The position numbers and the translations under genes are program-made. Below are positions 44,646-55,551 of a DNA stretch of 59,612 bases, in pieces (position 1 is the first letter of the stretch; each line of letters begins with the position of its first letter). The notes beneath the pieces were generated by a model. The model did not search any database and was not told the DNA's origin. It was given only the letters and a program-made list of their open reading frames with translations. The stretch is from Candidatus Binatia bacterium (GTDB taxonomy: Bacteria > Desulfobacterota > Binatia > UTPRO1). The stretch spans positions 1-59,612 of the forward strand of contig JBGOSW010000002.1 in the NCBI GenBank assembly GCA_041476145.1. The letters run 5' to 3'.

Positions 44646-45917
44646 CTAGAGCAGGTACAGCGCGCGCGCTTCGGCCGTCAGCGCCTCGCGAAAGTTCGGA
44701 TGCGCGACCGCGATCAACGCTCGTGCGCGTTCGCGGATGCTCCGGCCGTGCAGCTCGGCGACGCCGAACTCCGTCACCACCGTCTGCACGTGCGCGCGCG
44801 TCGTGACGACGCCCGCCCCCGGCCGCAGGGTCGCAACCAGGCGCGACGCCGTCCCGCCGCTCGCCGTCGCCGGCAGCGCGATGATCGCGCGTCCCTCCTC
44901 CGCGAGCGCCGCCCCGCGCATGAAGTCCATCTGCCCGCCGACGCCGCTGAAGAGGCGGTGTCCGATCGAGTCGGCGCAGACTTGACCGGTGAGGTCGATC
45001 TCGATCGCCGAGTTCACCGCCACCATGCGGCGAAAGCGACGGATGATCGCGCTGTCGTTGGTATAGTCGGCCGGCCGCATCTCGATCATCTGGTTGTCGT
45101 CGACGAAGTCGTAGAGCCGGCGCGTACCCATGAGGAAGGCGGAAACGATCTTCCCACGGTTGATCTCCTTGCACGCGCCGGTGACCACGCCGCGCTCCAC
45201 CAGGTCGACGATGACGTCGGTGAACATCTCGGTGTGGATGCCGAGGTCGCGATGGTTGATGAGGGCGAGCGCGACCGCGCCGGGAACGGCGCCGATCCCC
45301 ATCTGCAACGTCGCACCGTCGGGCACGAGCGCCGCGACTCGCTCGCCGATCCGGCGCTCGACGTCGCCGATCGGCGGCGGCGGCACCTCGTACGGCGGTA
45401 CGTCGACCTCGACGCCGTAGTCGATCTCGCGCACGTGGATCGCGCCGTCGCCGAGTGTCCGCGGCAGCGCGCGGTTCAGCTGCGCGACCACCCGTTTCGC
45501 GACGCGGACGGCGGCGAGCGCGACGTCCACCGAGGCACCGAGCGAGCAGAAGCCGTGGCGGTCGGGCGGCGTCACGTTCACCAGCGCATGATCGATCGTG
45601 AGCGCGTCGCGCCCGAGAGCGCGTGGAACGTCCGAGAGGAAGATGGGCACGTACTCGGCGCGCCCCTCCGCGATCGCCGCACGCGCGTTGGCGCCGATGA
45701 AGAGCGCCCGGTGCCGGAAGTGCGGCGCCATCGCCGGCGCGAGGTGGGGGCCCGGGCCTTCCGCGTGCAGGTGGACGACCCCGACGTCGCGCAGCTCCGC
45801 TGCCCGCGCCACCAGCGCGTCGAGGAGGACCGTGGGCGTCGCGCAGGCACCGTGGAGGAACACTTGCTCGCCCGAGCGGATGGTGGCGACGGCGGCGGCG
45901 GCGGAGACCATTCGCAT
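44646..45917 (-). CDS. acetyl-CoA hydrolase/transferase family protein (4-hydroxybutyrate CoA-transferase-like)
   Basis: ATG at 45915-45917 behind GGAAGGAGGG. Motifs TLQMGIGAVPGAV, VHTEMFTD, GVGGQMDF, LPATASGG. Confidence 0.85.
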   Translation of the reverse strand: MRMVSAAAAVATIRSGEQVFLHGACATPTVLLDALVARAAELRDVGVVHLHAEGPGPHLAPAMAPHFRHRALFIGANARAAIAEGRAEYVPIFLSDVPRALGRDALTIDHALVNVTPPDRHGFCSLGASVDVALAAVRVAKRVVAQLNRALPRTLGDGAIHVREIDYGVEVDVPPYEVPPPPIGDVERRIGERVAALVPDGATLQMGIGAVPGAVALALINHRDLGIHTEMFTDVIVDLVERGVVTGACKEINRGKIVSAFLMGTRRLYDFVDDNQMIEMRPADYTNDSAIIRRFRRMVAVNSAIEIDLTGQVCADSIGHRLFSGVGGQMDFMRGAALAEEGRAIIALPATASGGTASRLVATLRPGAGVVTTRAHVQTVVTEFGVAELHGRSIRERARALIAVAHPNFREALTAEARALYLL

Positions 45918-46037
45918 CCCTCCTTCCCTAGCCGGACCAGGGGCGCTCGCCAAGCGAGCGCCGAAGGGACATGATCGAAATGCGTGCGGGGGTGTGCTAC
46001 AAGGAAGGTTGTCTCGGAGCTGCTGGAAGGAGATCTC

Positions 46038-46229
46038 ATGGCATCCGCATGGTTCGGTCCGTGTCCACACTGCAACATCTCGCTCTCGTACCTTCAGGGC
46101 GTGACCGGAAGTACGATGACGCCGCAGTGCCCCGGCTGCCATCAGGTGGTCGCGGTGCCGCGCGCGACCCTGTTGATGGCCGACCACTCGCGCCCCGCCC
46201 CGCTCCTCCGACCCCCCGACCCGCGGTAG
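46038..46229 (+). CDS. 63-aa zinc-ribbon protein
   Basis: ATG behind GGAAGGAG. Contains CPHC...17 aa...CPGC. Confidence 0.45.
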   Translation: MASAWFGPCPHCNISLSYLQGVTGSTMTPQCPGCHQVVAVPRATLLMADHSRPAPLLRPPDPR

Positions 46230-46439
46230 TCTCCCCCGATCGCACCCACCGCCGTCTCATCGGCGGCCGAACACTGCAGCGAGTCCTCGTCCACAATTTG
46301 ACGGTAGAGCCCTAATTACACTCCGATATTCTGTCACGGACGAGTCCGGCGCGATGACACACCTCGCTACCGAGGTCGTGGAATATATCCGTTTTTGCGA
46401 CGACCCGAGAGGCACGCTGCGTGCTGCGAGGGTGCACTT

Positions 46440-47462
<1,023 letters not shown>

Positions 47463-47478
47463 GCGGCTCCGAGTGCGT

Positions 47479-47718
47479 TCAGCGCGCGACGGAACGCTCG
47501 ACCATCCGCACGAGGTCGGCGATGGAGAGCACCGTCGCGAGGTCGTCGCCGGGCACGTGCGTACGAAACTCGTCGTCGAGCCCGGAGGCGATCTCGGCGA
47601 GGCTCAGCGAGTCGAGCTCGGCGAGCTCCGACAACAACGCCCCAGGCACCACGCGCTCACGCGGCACGCGTAGCACGCTCGCAACCACGTTCTGGACTCG
47701 TTCTAGGGTGCTCGGCAT
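47479..47718 (-). CDS. acyl/peptidyl carrier protein
   Basis: 79 aa. Phosphopantetheine attachment motif LDSLSLAEI at the helix-2 position. It starts 16 nt after the radical-SAM stop. Confidence 0.75.
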   Translation of the reverse strand: MPSTLERVQNVVASVLRVPRERVVPGALLSELAELDSLSLAEIASGLDDEFRTHVPGDDLATVLSIADLVRMVERSVAR

Positions 47719-47733
47719 ATCCCGCTCGCATCC

Positions 47734-49167
47734 TCACGTCGCCGCAGGGGCAGATCGGGCGTCGGCGACGTCTCCGACGGCGGCGGCCCCCGGCGGCATC
47801 TCGGTTCGGCCGCCGGCGCGCCACACGATCTCCTTCGATATCGATCGCAGATAGCCCACGTTGCGGGCGGTCTGCTCGGGAGTGACGAATTCGTTGGCGA
47901 TCGAGAAATGGTAGCCGACGGCCTCCTCCGTGAGCCGATACTCGTCTTCCGTTTCTACCACCGCTCCGTGCCGGATGAGCTTCTCGAGCGCCGCGTCCTG
48001 CTCGGCGGTGAGCGGTCCGGTCAGCAGCGCCTTCGGCACCGACCAGAGCTGCCCCATGCCGAGTACGAAGTCCCGCTCCTGCCAGGTCGCCGGCGTCACC
48101 GGGCATGCGCATCCGAGAACGGGATCGTCGCCGGTCGATCGTCTCACGAACTCGTCGATATCGCGCGCGTTCATGTACGCCCAATCGGCGACGACCCCGA
48201 TGCCGCCGGGTCCGAACGCGAGGATGTCGTGCGACGACCGATAGTAGTAGCGACCGTAGTGTGAGACCGCATCCGGCCGGTCGGGTCGATTGAACTGCTG
48301 GAAGGTGTTGACGACGTACCCCGCCGCGGTGAGCGTGCGGTAGGCATGGAGGTATTGATCGAGCGCCGCTTGTTGCGTGACCCGCTCGTATCGTCCCTCG
48401 CGCACCAGCTCGTACAGCGGAGCCGGCGGTACGATGTCGCACCGATGGATGTCGATGCACGCGACGCCGAGATCGATCGACCGCCGCAAATCCGCGTCCC
48501 ATTCCTCCATCGTCTGCGTCGGGACGGCGTACAACAGGTCCCAAATCAGCGAATAGCCGAGGCGCCGCAAGTCGGCGATGTTGTCGGCGAGGCGCCGCTC
48601 GGAGGCGACGAGGGCGAGCATTTTCCGCAACCGCGGCACCGACGTCTGCCAACCGAAGCTGATCCGGGAGACCCCGAGCTCGCGACAGACCTCGAGATTC
48701 GACGCCGTCATCGTTTCGACGTTCATCTCGATGCTCATGTCCTGGACGTTGCGCAGGTCGAAGAGCTCGCGGAGCGAGGTGAGCACCTGGCGCAGGTGCT
48801 CGTCGGAGAGCATGCTCGGGGTTCCGCCTCCGATGAAGACGTGCTCGATCGAGAGGTTCCGGACGTAGGGGGTCGCGGCGTAGAACGCCATCTGGCGTAC
48901 GAGCGCGTCGAGGTAGGCGCTCACCGCCGGGTCGGTCTTCTTGAGTACCTTGATGTTGTAGAAGCAGTACGAGCAGTGGGTCCGGCAGAACGGGACGTGA
49001 AGGTAGAGGATCGCCTTCCGGCCGGCTGCCTTTCGTTCGTTCAGGTCGCGCCGGAACCCTGCCTGCTTGTCGGCGGTCAGCGCGTCGGTGTCGGTGTTGA
49101 CAGCCGGGTAGTAGAAGAACGGCATGTGTCGCACCCGCTCTACGGGGTAGAGCTCTCGAACCGACAT
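47734..49167 (-). CDS. HemN-like (class C) radical SAM protein
   Basis: CxxxCxxC cluster motif HVPFCRTHCSYC. FIGGGTPSML motif. C-terminal HemN_C-like helical domain. Start at MSVRELY (alternative ATG at 49188). Confidence 0.85.
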   Translation of the reverse strand: MSVRELYPVERVRHMPFFYYPAVNTDTDALTADKQAGFRRDLNERKAAGRKAILYLHVPFCRTHCSYCFYNIKVLKKTDPAVSAYLDALVRQMAFYAATPYVRNLSIEHVFIGGGTPSMLSDEHLRQVLTSLRELFDLRNVQDMSIEMNVETMTASNLEVCRELGVSRISFGWQTSVPRLRKMLALVASERRLADNIADLRRLGYSLIWDLLYAVPTQTMEEWDADLRRSIDLGVACIDIHRCDIVPPAPLYELVREGRYERVTQQAALDQYLHAYRTLTAAGYVVNTFQQFNRPDRPDAVSHYGRYYYRSSHDILAFGPGGIGVVADWAYMNARDIDEFVRRSTGDDPVLGCACPVTPATWQERDFVLGMGQLWSVPKALLTGPLTAEQDAALEKLIRHGAVVETEDEYRLTEEAVGYHFSIANEFVTPEQTARNVGYLRSISKEIVWRAGGRTEMPPGAAAVGDVADARSAPAAT

Positions 49168-49341
49168 CGATTCCCCCCCTTGTCCCACCGCCAGGCTGCG
49201 TTGCCTGTTGGGCGCCCTTTTCGCACAACTCCGATCCCCGTACTAGCAGTTCGGGGGTGCGTTCTCGAATCGACACCCCGGGACACTTTACGGGATTGAC
49301 GGACCGCCCCCGTCCCGCCAGCATCGCCGTGAGTCGTCCGC

Positions 49342-50697
49342 ATGAGAGGAGAGGTTGTGCGCGTCCTACCGAATGGCCCACGCGTCCCGGCAGTCATGCA
49401 GGTACTCCGCTGGCTGCGCCAGCCGATCCCGATGCTGGAGGACTGTCGGCGCCGTTACGGTGATACGTTCACGCTGCGGTTTCCCGGCTTCGATCCGCTC
49501 GTCCTCATGAGCGATCCCGCCGCGATCAAGGAGATCTTCACCGGCGATCCGGACGAGCTCCGGGCCGGCGACGCGAACGTCGTCCTCGCGCCCTTCGTCG
49601 GGTCCGACTCGCTGCTCCTGGCCGATGGCGCGCGCCACCGCCGCAAGCGCCGGCTCTTGATGCCGCCGTTCCACGGTGAGCGCATGCAACTCTACGGTGA
49701 GCTGATGCGGGCGATCACCGACCGGGTGATCGACGCCTGGCCGGTCGGACGGGCGTTCCCCATCCACGCGGCGACCCAGGGCATCACCCTCGACGTGATC
49801 CTGCGCGCCGTCTTCGGACTCGACGAGGGCGCCCGGATGGAGGCGCTGCGCACGCGTCTCGTCGAAGGCGCGGCCGTCGTGACCGAGCACCCGATGCTGA
49901 TGATCAAGTGGCTGCAGCGCGACCTCGGGCCGCTCACGAGCTGGCGTCGGGTCGAGACGCTACGCGCCGAGGTCGACGCCCTCCTCTTCGTGGAGTTCGC
50001 ACGCCGTCGCTGCGAGGCGCGGAGCGATCGCACCGATATTCTGAGCTTGCTGATGGCGGCGCGGGACGAAGACGGTCGTGCGATGGCCGACGTCGAGCTG
50101 CGCGACGAGATGATCACGCTCCTCCTCGCCGGGCACGAGACCACGGCGACGACACTCGCGTGGGTGATTCAGCACGTCCTGGAGCATCCGGCGGTGCACG
50201 CCCGCCTCCGCACGGAGCTGCTCGAACGCAGCGCCGGCACACTCGGCGAGCCGGTGGGCGCGAGCGATCTCCCCTACCTCGACGCCACGATCAAGGAGAC
50301 CCAGCGGTTGATGCCGATCATTCCCCTGGTGGGCCGCCGCCTGCGTACCGCCATGCGCATCGGCGGGCACGGGCTTCCCGCCGGTGTCGTCGCCGCACCG
50401 TGCGCGTACCTGACGCACCGACGGCCCGATCTCTGGGAGGAGCCCGACGTCTTCCGCCCCGAGCGCTTCCTCGGAAAACGACCGAGCCCGTACGAGTTCT
50501 TCCCCTTCGGCGGCGGCGCGCGCGCCTGCCTCGGCGCGGCGTTCGCGACCTTCGAGATGAAAATCGTATTGGCGCGAATCCTGACGCGGGTCGAGATGCG
50601 CGCGGTGCCGGGCTATCGAGTACGCGTCGTTCGGCGCGGAGTCACATTCGCCCCGTCCGAGGGCATGCCGGTCGTCATCGAGCAGCGCGCCGCCTAG
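49342..50697 (+). CDS. cytochrome P450
   Basis: I-helix LLLAGHETT, ExxR (KETQRL), heme loop FPFGGGARACLG. Alternative in-frame GTG at 49357 behind AGAGGAGAGG. Confidence 0.9.
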   Translation: MRGEVVRVLPNGPRVPAVMQVLRWLRQPIPMLEDCRRRYGDTFTLRFPGFDPLVLMSDPAAIKEIFTGDPDELRAGDANVVLAPFVGSDSLLLADGARHRRKRRLLMPPFHGERMQLYGELMRAITDRVIDAWPVGRAFPIHAATQGITLDVILRAVFGLDEGARMEALRTRLVEGAAVVTEHPMLMIKWLQRDLGPLTSWRRVETLRAEVDALLFVEFARRRCEARSDRTDILSLLMAARDEDGRAMADVELRDEMITLLLAGHETTATTLAWVIQHVLEHPAVHARLRTELLERSAGTLGEPVGASDLPYLDATIKETQRLMPIIPLVGRRLRTAMRIGGHGLPAGVVAAPCAYLTHRRPDLWEEPDVFRPERFLGKRPSPYEFFPFGGGARACLGAAFATFEMKIVLARILTRVEMRAVPGYRVRVVRRGVTFAPSEGMPVVIEQRAA

Positions 50698-50739
50698 ACC
50701 GCATCGTCCCCCGAGCGTCGGTTCCGCCGCCGCCGCGAG

Positions 50740-53622
50740 TCAACGCGGATCGTGACAACGTAGGCCGCCGAGAACGGCGACGTCACCCGCGCGATCGGGG
50801 CCGCCGCGAAACACGGCAGCGTACGACGAATTGGAGTCGGAGCACGTCCAGGCGAGGGCCGTCCCGCCGCCCGCCACGGTGTAGGCCGCGGCGGCATGTC
50901 CGTCGACCGTCGCGTCACCGGCTGCCGCCACCGCGCCGCCGGCCACGAGACGGGTGAGCCGCTCGAGACCGGCCTGATCGCTCGCGCCACGCTCGCTCAG
51001 GACCGCGATGCGCCGTCCACCGTCGTCCTCGAACTCGAGGTTCATGAGAGCGCTCCGTACGGGGAGCACGTCGGGTGAAGGCGCGGGCGCGAGCACGGTC
51101 CGCAAGCCGCTGAACGTGCGTCGAAACCCCGTCGGCGGCGTCAAGCGGAAATCCGCGGCGAAATCCCCCGCGCCGGCGAGCGGAAGCCGCGCGCCCTCGG
51201 ACGCACGCTGCATGGCCTCGAAGTTCGCAAGCACGGTCTCGTCGAAGAGCGCGCGCGGAGCATCGAGCTCGACCACCGGGTGGTCGTCGGAATTCAGAGG
51301 CGCGCCGCCGACGAACGCATCGATGTTCTCGGGGCCGAGGACGAAGCCTTCGAGTAGCTCCGCCGCGTCGAGGTGGACGCCGCGGAGGTCGTCGCTCGTC
51401 GGCCCGCCGCCGAGGAGCGCGGTGAGCGCGGCCGTGAAATCGATCGGGTGGTTCGCGGCCAGCACCACCATGTCCCCACGCACCGCGCGCTCGCGCAAGG
51501 CGAAGACGTAGACCCGCTCGAAGTGACGGCGCAGCGTCGCGAGAAGGCCACGGACGTCGTCGATCGGCATGTTGTAGTAGTGGAACCACTGGGCGAGGAT
51601 CCCCTCGGGTCGGAGCCGGCGGCGCACCTGCGCAAAGAACTCGTCGGTGAACAAGTTCGCGACGCCGGTCATCCACGGGTTGCTGGGCTCGTTGATGATC
51701 ACGTCCCACGCGCGGTCCTCACGGAAGGCGACGAAGTTGCGCCCGTCCTCCAGGTGGACGCTCAGCCGAGGGTCGTCGATCGCGCCGTGGTTCTCGGCCG
51801 CGAACCAGCGCGCCCCCAGAGCGACGACTTCCGGTGCGATCTCCACCAGATCGATCGACGCCACCGGGTAGCGGACGACGGCACCGAGGGTCACGCCGCT
51901 GCCCATGCCGATCACCAACACGGCCTTCGGCGCGGCATGCGCCAGCAGTGGCAGATGCCCGAGCAGCGCTTGCGTCAGCAGGTCCGGACCGTTCCCCGCG
52001 TCGGGCTTGCCGTTGACGAACAGCACCCGCATCCCGACGTCGTAGTCGACCACCGACACGCTGGCGTCCACCCCGTCGCGCAGCTCACGCACGGTCACCG
52101 TGTCGAGCTCGCGGGCCAGCCGATGCTCGCGCCAGACGTGGAGAATCGAGGCCGGCTGCTTGCTGATCGCGGTGTGCATGAGGCGAGCGTCCCAGTCCGG
52201 CGCGAGCGCCGGCAGGAGCGCGACCACCGCGAGCGACCCCGCCACCGCCAGGCGCGCGGCGCTCGCCCAGAGGGTGCGCCCGGCGGCGAGCGCGGCGGCG
52301 AGCGCGGCGAGCACGACCAGCACGTCGAGACTCGGACGCAGGCCGAGACGCGGCACGAGCACGAAGCTCGCGACCAGCGCGCCGACCGTCGTGCCTCCCG
52401 TGTTCACCAGGTAGGCGAGGCCGACGCGGCTCCCGACCCGCTCCGCCGTCGGGCTCACCGCGCGCACGACGGCCGGGAACGCGACGCCGAACAGAACCGT
52501 CGGCGGAAGCACGATCACGCCGGCGGCGGCGGCGCTGGCGATCTGGAACGGCCAGAACCCGAGGCCGATCGCGTCGAGCGTCGTCAGCTGGACATAGAGG
52601 ACGCCGTCCATGAAGGGGACGGTCAACGCCAGCCCGAGGACCAGAAGAATCAGGGTCGCGACGAGCACCCGGGTCGGATCGGCGCCACGACGATCGAGAA
52701 CCGTGAACAGCATGCCGCCGACGGCGAGACCAACGAGATAGAGGAAGAGGATGATCGCGTAGCCGTAGATGGAGCTGCCGACGTACATCGCGAAGAACCG
52801 GTTCCAGACCACCTCGAGCGCGAGCGCGACGAACCCCGACAGGAAGAACGCCGGCAGTACGCCGCGACCGACGGCGGGCACGGCGGCGAGCGTTGGATCG
52901 GAGGGCGGCGCCGGCGCCGCGGCCGTCGGCTCGCGACCGACGGCGGACATTGCTGCGAGCGCGAGCGCGACGTTGGTGGCGGCGGTCGCGATGAGCGTGC
53001 CACGAATGCCGAGCCACGGCAGCAGAGCGAACGGCAGTACGAGCACGCCGACGGCGGCGCCGGCCGTGTTGAGCGCATAGAGGAGGCCGATCTCGCGCCC
53101 CACCCGCTCGGAATGCCGCACCACGTAGCGGGTGGCGACCGGCAACGTCCCGCCCATGAGAAACGCCGGAATCGCGACGAACCCGAATCCGATCAGGAAG
53201 CGCGCCAACGTCAACAGTCCCGGCGTCGCATGCAGCCGCGCGTAGACGTGCGCATAGATTGCGTTCCCCTGCGCGAGGAGCAACGGCGAGAGCAGACCGA
53301 CGCCGCCGATCGCGAGCTCGAGCGCTGCGTAGAGGCGCAGCGGCGTCGGCGACGCGTCCGCCCGCCGCCCGAGCGCCCACGCCCCGACCCCCAGGCCAGC
53401 CATGAAGGCCGCCAGCACCGTCCCGACGGCGTACGTCGTCGAGCCCAGAATGAGCGAGAGCTGTCGGATCCAGAGGCTCTGGTAGACGAGTGCCGCCGCA
53501 CCGGAGAGGAAAATGAGGCCACGCAGACGACGCGCGAACGGTGCGGGTGCCGGTATCTTCGGACCGTGGGCGGGTGGAAACTCTCGAGACTGCTGCCGAC
53601 GGCTTTGCTGGCGTGCGGCCAT
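50740..53622 (-). CDS. membrane-fused spermidine-synthase-like (polyamine aminopropyltransferase family) protein with extra C-terminal domain
   Basis: About 14 TM helices, then a class I MTase/SpeE-like core (VLVIGMGSGVT, DLVEIAPEV, DVIINEPSNPW). A further 250 aa or so have an unrecognised fold. Confidence 0.8.
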   Translation of the reverse strand: MAARQQSRRQQSREFPPAHGPKIPAPAPFARRLRGLIFLSGAAALVYQSLWIRQLSLILGSTTYAVGTVLAAFMAGLGVGAWALGRRADASPTPLRLYAALELAIGGVGLLSPLLLAQGNAIYAHVYARLHATPGLLTLARFLIGFGFVAIPAFLMGGTLPVATRYVVRHSERVGREIGLLYALNTAGAAVGVLVLPFALLPWLGIRGTLIATAATNVALALAAMSAVGREPTAAAPAPPSDPTLAAVPAVGRGVLPAFFLSGFVALALEVVWNRFFAMYVGSSIYGYAIILFLYLVGLAVGGMLFTVLDRRGADPTRVLVATLILLVLGLALTVPFMDGVLYVQLTTLDAIGLGFWPFQIASAAAAGVIVLPPTVLFGVAFPAVVRAVSPTAERVGSRVGLAYLVNTGGTTVGALVASFVLVPRLGLRPSLDVLVVLAALAAALAAGRTLWASAARLAVAGSLAVVALLPALAPDWDARLMHTAISKQPASILHVWREHRLARELDTVTVRELRDGVDASVSVVDYDVGMRVLFVNGKPDAGNGPDLLTQALLGHLPLLAHAAPKAVLVIGMGSGVTLGAVVRYPVASIDLVEIAPEVVALGARWFAAENHGAIDDPRLSVHLEDGRNFVAFREDRAWDVIINEPSNPWMTGVANLFTDEFFAQVRRRLRPEGILAQWFHYYNMPIDDVRGLLATLRRHFERVYVFALRERAVRGDMVVLAANHPIDFTAALTALLGGGPTSDDLRGVHLDAAELLEGFVLGPENIDAFVGGAPLNSDDHPVVELDAPRALFDETVLANFEAMQRASEGARLPLAGAGDFAADFRLTPPTGFRRTFSGLRTVLAPAPSPDVLPVRSALMNLEFEDDGGRRIAVLSERGASDQAGLERLTRLVAGGAVAAAGDATVDGHAAAAYTVAGGGTALAWTCSDSNSSYAAVFRGGPDRAGDVAVLGGLRCHDPR

Positions 53623-53670
53623 GGAAGGTCGGATGCGCGCGGTGGGAGGAGGCGTTGTCGGAGGCTCAGC

Positions 53671-55548
53671 TCAGCGAGCAGAGGTCGGGGCGTCGGTCGC
53701 GGCGAGGTGCAGGAGCAGGATCCGACGGATCTCTTCGATCGTGTGCGGATTGTCCTGGCACGAGTGTCCCGAACGCACGACCAGCTCGGAGTCGACTCCT
53801 TCGACGTGCGCGCTCTCGTACTGGACCACGCCGTCGTTTCCCTTCTCGACGGGCCCGTTGCCCTGCACGGCGATGATCGAGTGCGCCGCGACGCCGGGAG
53901 CCACGGGGAGCGTGGCGAGGGTTCGAATGAATCGATTGCCCGGCGTCATGTTCTCGACGCTGGTCGGTATCTGGAGCGTGCCCGCCATCACGAGCGCGTC
54001 CTGGTTGCGTTTGAACAGGTCGCCGCCCAGGCGGGCCATGTCGAGCGGAAAGGTGACCAAGCGGGCTACCTGGTGCGCCAGCCAACTCCCAGCGACGTAG
54101 CTGCCGCGCTGGGGCGTGGCGACGAAGATGACGCGGCCGACGAAAGGCAGCGGGTGCATGAACATGGCCCTGCGAAGGAGGTCACGGGTGTGCGCGTCGA
54201 GATCGAGCGCGTCGAGGGGCTTGCGGCTCACGTTGTCCCAGAACCGGCTCCCGCTCTCGACGACCATCGACTTGGTGAGAAGGCCGCCCTGGCTGTGGCC
54301 GACGACGACCATGCGGTGGAGCGCCGGATCCGTGCCGTCCGGATCGAGCCGCTGCACCGCATCTGCCAGCGACTCGCGCAGCAGCATGGCGGAGTACGCG
54401 ATCGGGTTTCCGGTGTCGTACGAGAAGAACCAGAACTGGAAACGGTCGCGGATTCGCGGGTCGTTCTCGAGCTCGTTCAGCATCTGCGCCCAGCGTGCGG
54501 CGCTCGACGCGGTACCGTGCACGAAGACGACCGGGATGAGCCCGGGTCGATACGGCTGCAGCGCCCCGAGTCGTAAGCCCTTCTCCTGCGTTCCGAGGCT
54601 CCTCAGAAACCGACTGAGCTCCTGCTTCCACACCGGCAACTCCGCCAGCATGGCGGCGAGCGTCGCCGTCGACTCGATCTCGAGCGGCACGCGCTCGCCG
54701 CCGATCGTCACCGTCTCGATCCCGGACGGGGCGTAGAGCTCGAGCGCCGCATGGATGCGTCCCGCCGCGAGCTGCGTCTGCGTGCCCTCGAAGCGCAGCA
54801 GCGCGGTCACCGGCACCCGCACGCGCGGGGCGATCATGTCCCGGCTCGGCTGGTCCGGATCGAGGGGCTCGGTCTTGGCGGCGAGTGGCGCGCCGAGTCC
54901 CGGCTGACGATGGCGGGTCGGGAGGCCGCGCACCTCCAAGTCCGCCACGGGCACGAAGCCGACGAGCCTCCGGTCCCCCCAGTGGAGCGCGTTCGTGTCG
55001 AAGTCGACGTCGAGCCGGCCGAACGGGAGCTCGTACGTCCCGGCGCGCAGCTCGACCTCACGGCGGTCCTTCGATTCCAGCCCCTCGGTGAGGGCGCGAT
55101 TGTAGAGATCGCAGGCGAGGCGGAAGCGCGCGTCGAACGGGCTCGGCGTCACCGCGGCGTCGTCCGGAAACAGGAATGCCCACGCGTACACGGCAGCCGC
55201 CAGGTCGTAGGACTGCTTCCCGCTCTCCTCCGCATACGAGAACGACAGCTCGGCGAGCGCGAACACGTCGTCGCGACCGCCGCGGCCGTCGGCGACGGTG
55301 GTATGCAGCGCCGCGAGCGCCTGCTCGGGTGCGTCGTCGAAGCGCGCGACGAGATCTCGCTGGTAGAGAACGTTCTGGGTGAAGCGGCTCAGCTTGCCGC
55401 TGGAGAGAATGTTGCTCGTGAGCGTGCGCTGCGCCGTGCGCGGGTCGACGCGCTTGACGCCGATGGGCACGCCACAGGCGGCGATGAGCATGCCCGATGC
55501 GACGAGGACGGCCGTGAGCCGCGCAGATCTCGAAGTCACGTTTCCCAC
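53671..55548 (-). CDS. lipoprotein with C-terminal alpha/beta-hydrolase (lipase/esterase-like) domain
   Basis: Lipobox LIAAC. Nucleophile elbow VVVGHSQGG. Oxyanion-like VVFVHGT. C-terminal DGVV...H. It starts 4 nt after the upstream stop. Confidence 0.75.
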   Translation of the reverse strand: MGNVTSRSARLTAVLVASGMLIAACGVPIGVKRVDPRTAQRTLTSNILSSGKLSRFTQNVLYQRDLVARFDDAPEQALAALHTTVADGRGGRDDVFALAELSFSYAEESGKQSYDLAAAVYAWAFLFPDDAAVTPSPFDARFRLACDLYNRALTEGLESKDRREVELRAGTYELPFGRLDVDFDTNALHWGDRRLVGFVPVADLEVRGLPTRHRQPGLGAPLAAKTEPLDPDQPSRDMIAPRVRVPVTALLRFEGTQTQLAAGRIHAALELYAPSGIETVTIGGERVPLEIESTATLAAMLAELPVWKQELSRFLRSLGTQEKGLRLGALQPYRPGLIPVVFVHGTASSAARWAQMLNELENDPRIRDRFQFWFFSYDTGNPIAYSAMLLRESLADAVQRLDPDGTDPALHRMVVVGHSQGGLLTKSMVVESGSRFWDNVSRKPLDALDLDAHTRDLLRRAMFMHPLPFVGRVIFVATPQRGSYVAGSWLAHQVARLVTFPLDMARLGGDLFKRNQDALVMAGTLQIPTSVENMTPGNRFIRTLATLPVAPGVAAHSIIAVQGNGPVEKGNDGVVQYESAHVEGVDSELVVRSGHSCQDNPHTIEEIRRILLLHLAATDAPTSAR

Positions 55549-55551
55549 GAC

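Noticed and set aside
51373-54576. 1067-aa ORF on the plus strand
   Set aside because: It is antisense to the spermidine-synthase-like and lipase-like genes. It is Arg/Glu/Asp-rich low complexity with no recognisable domain.
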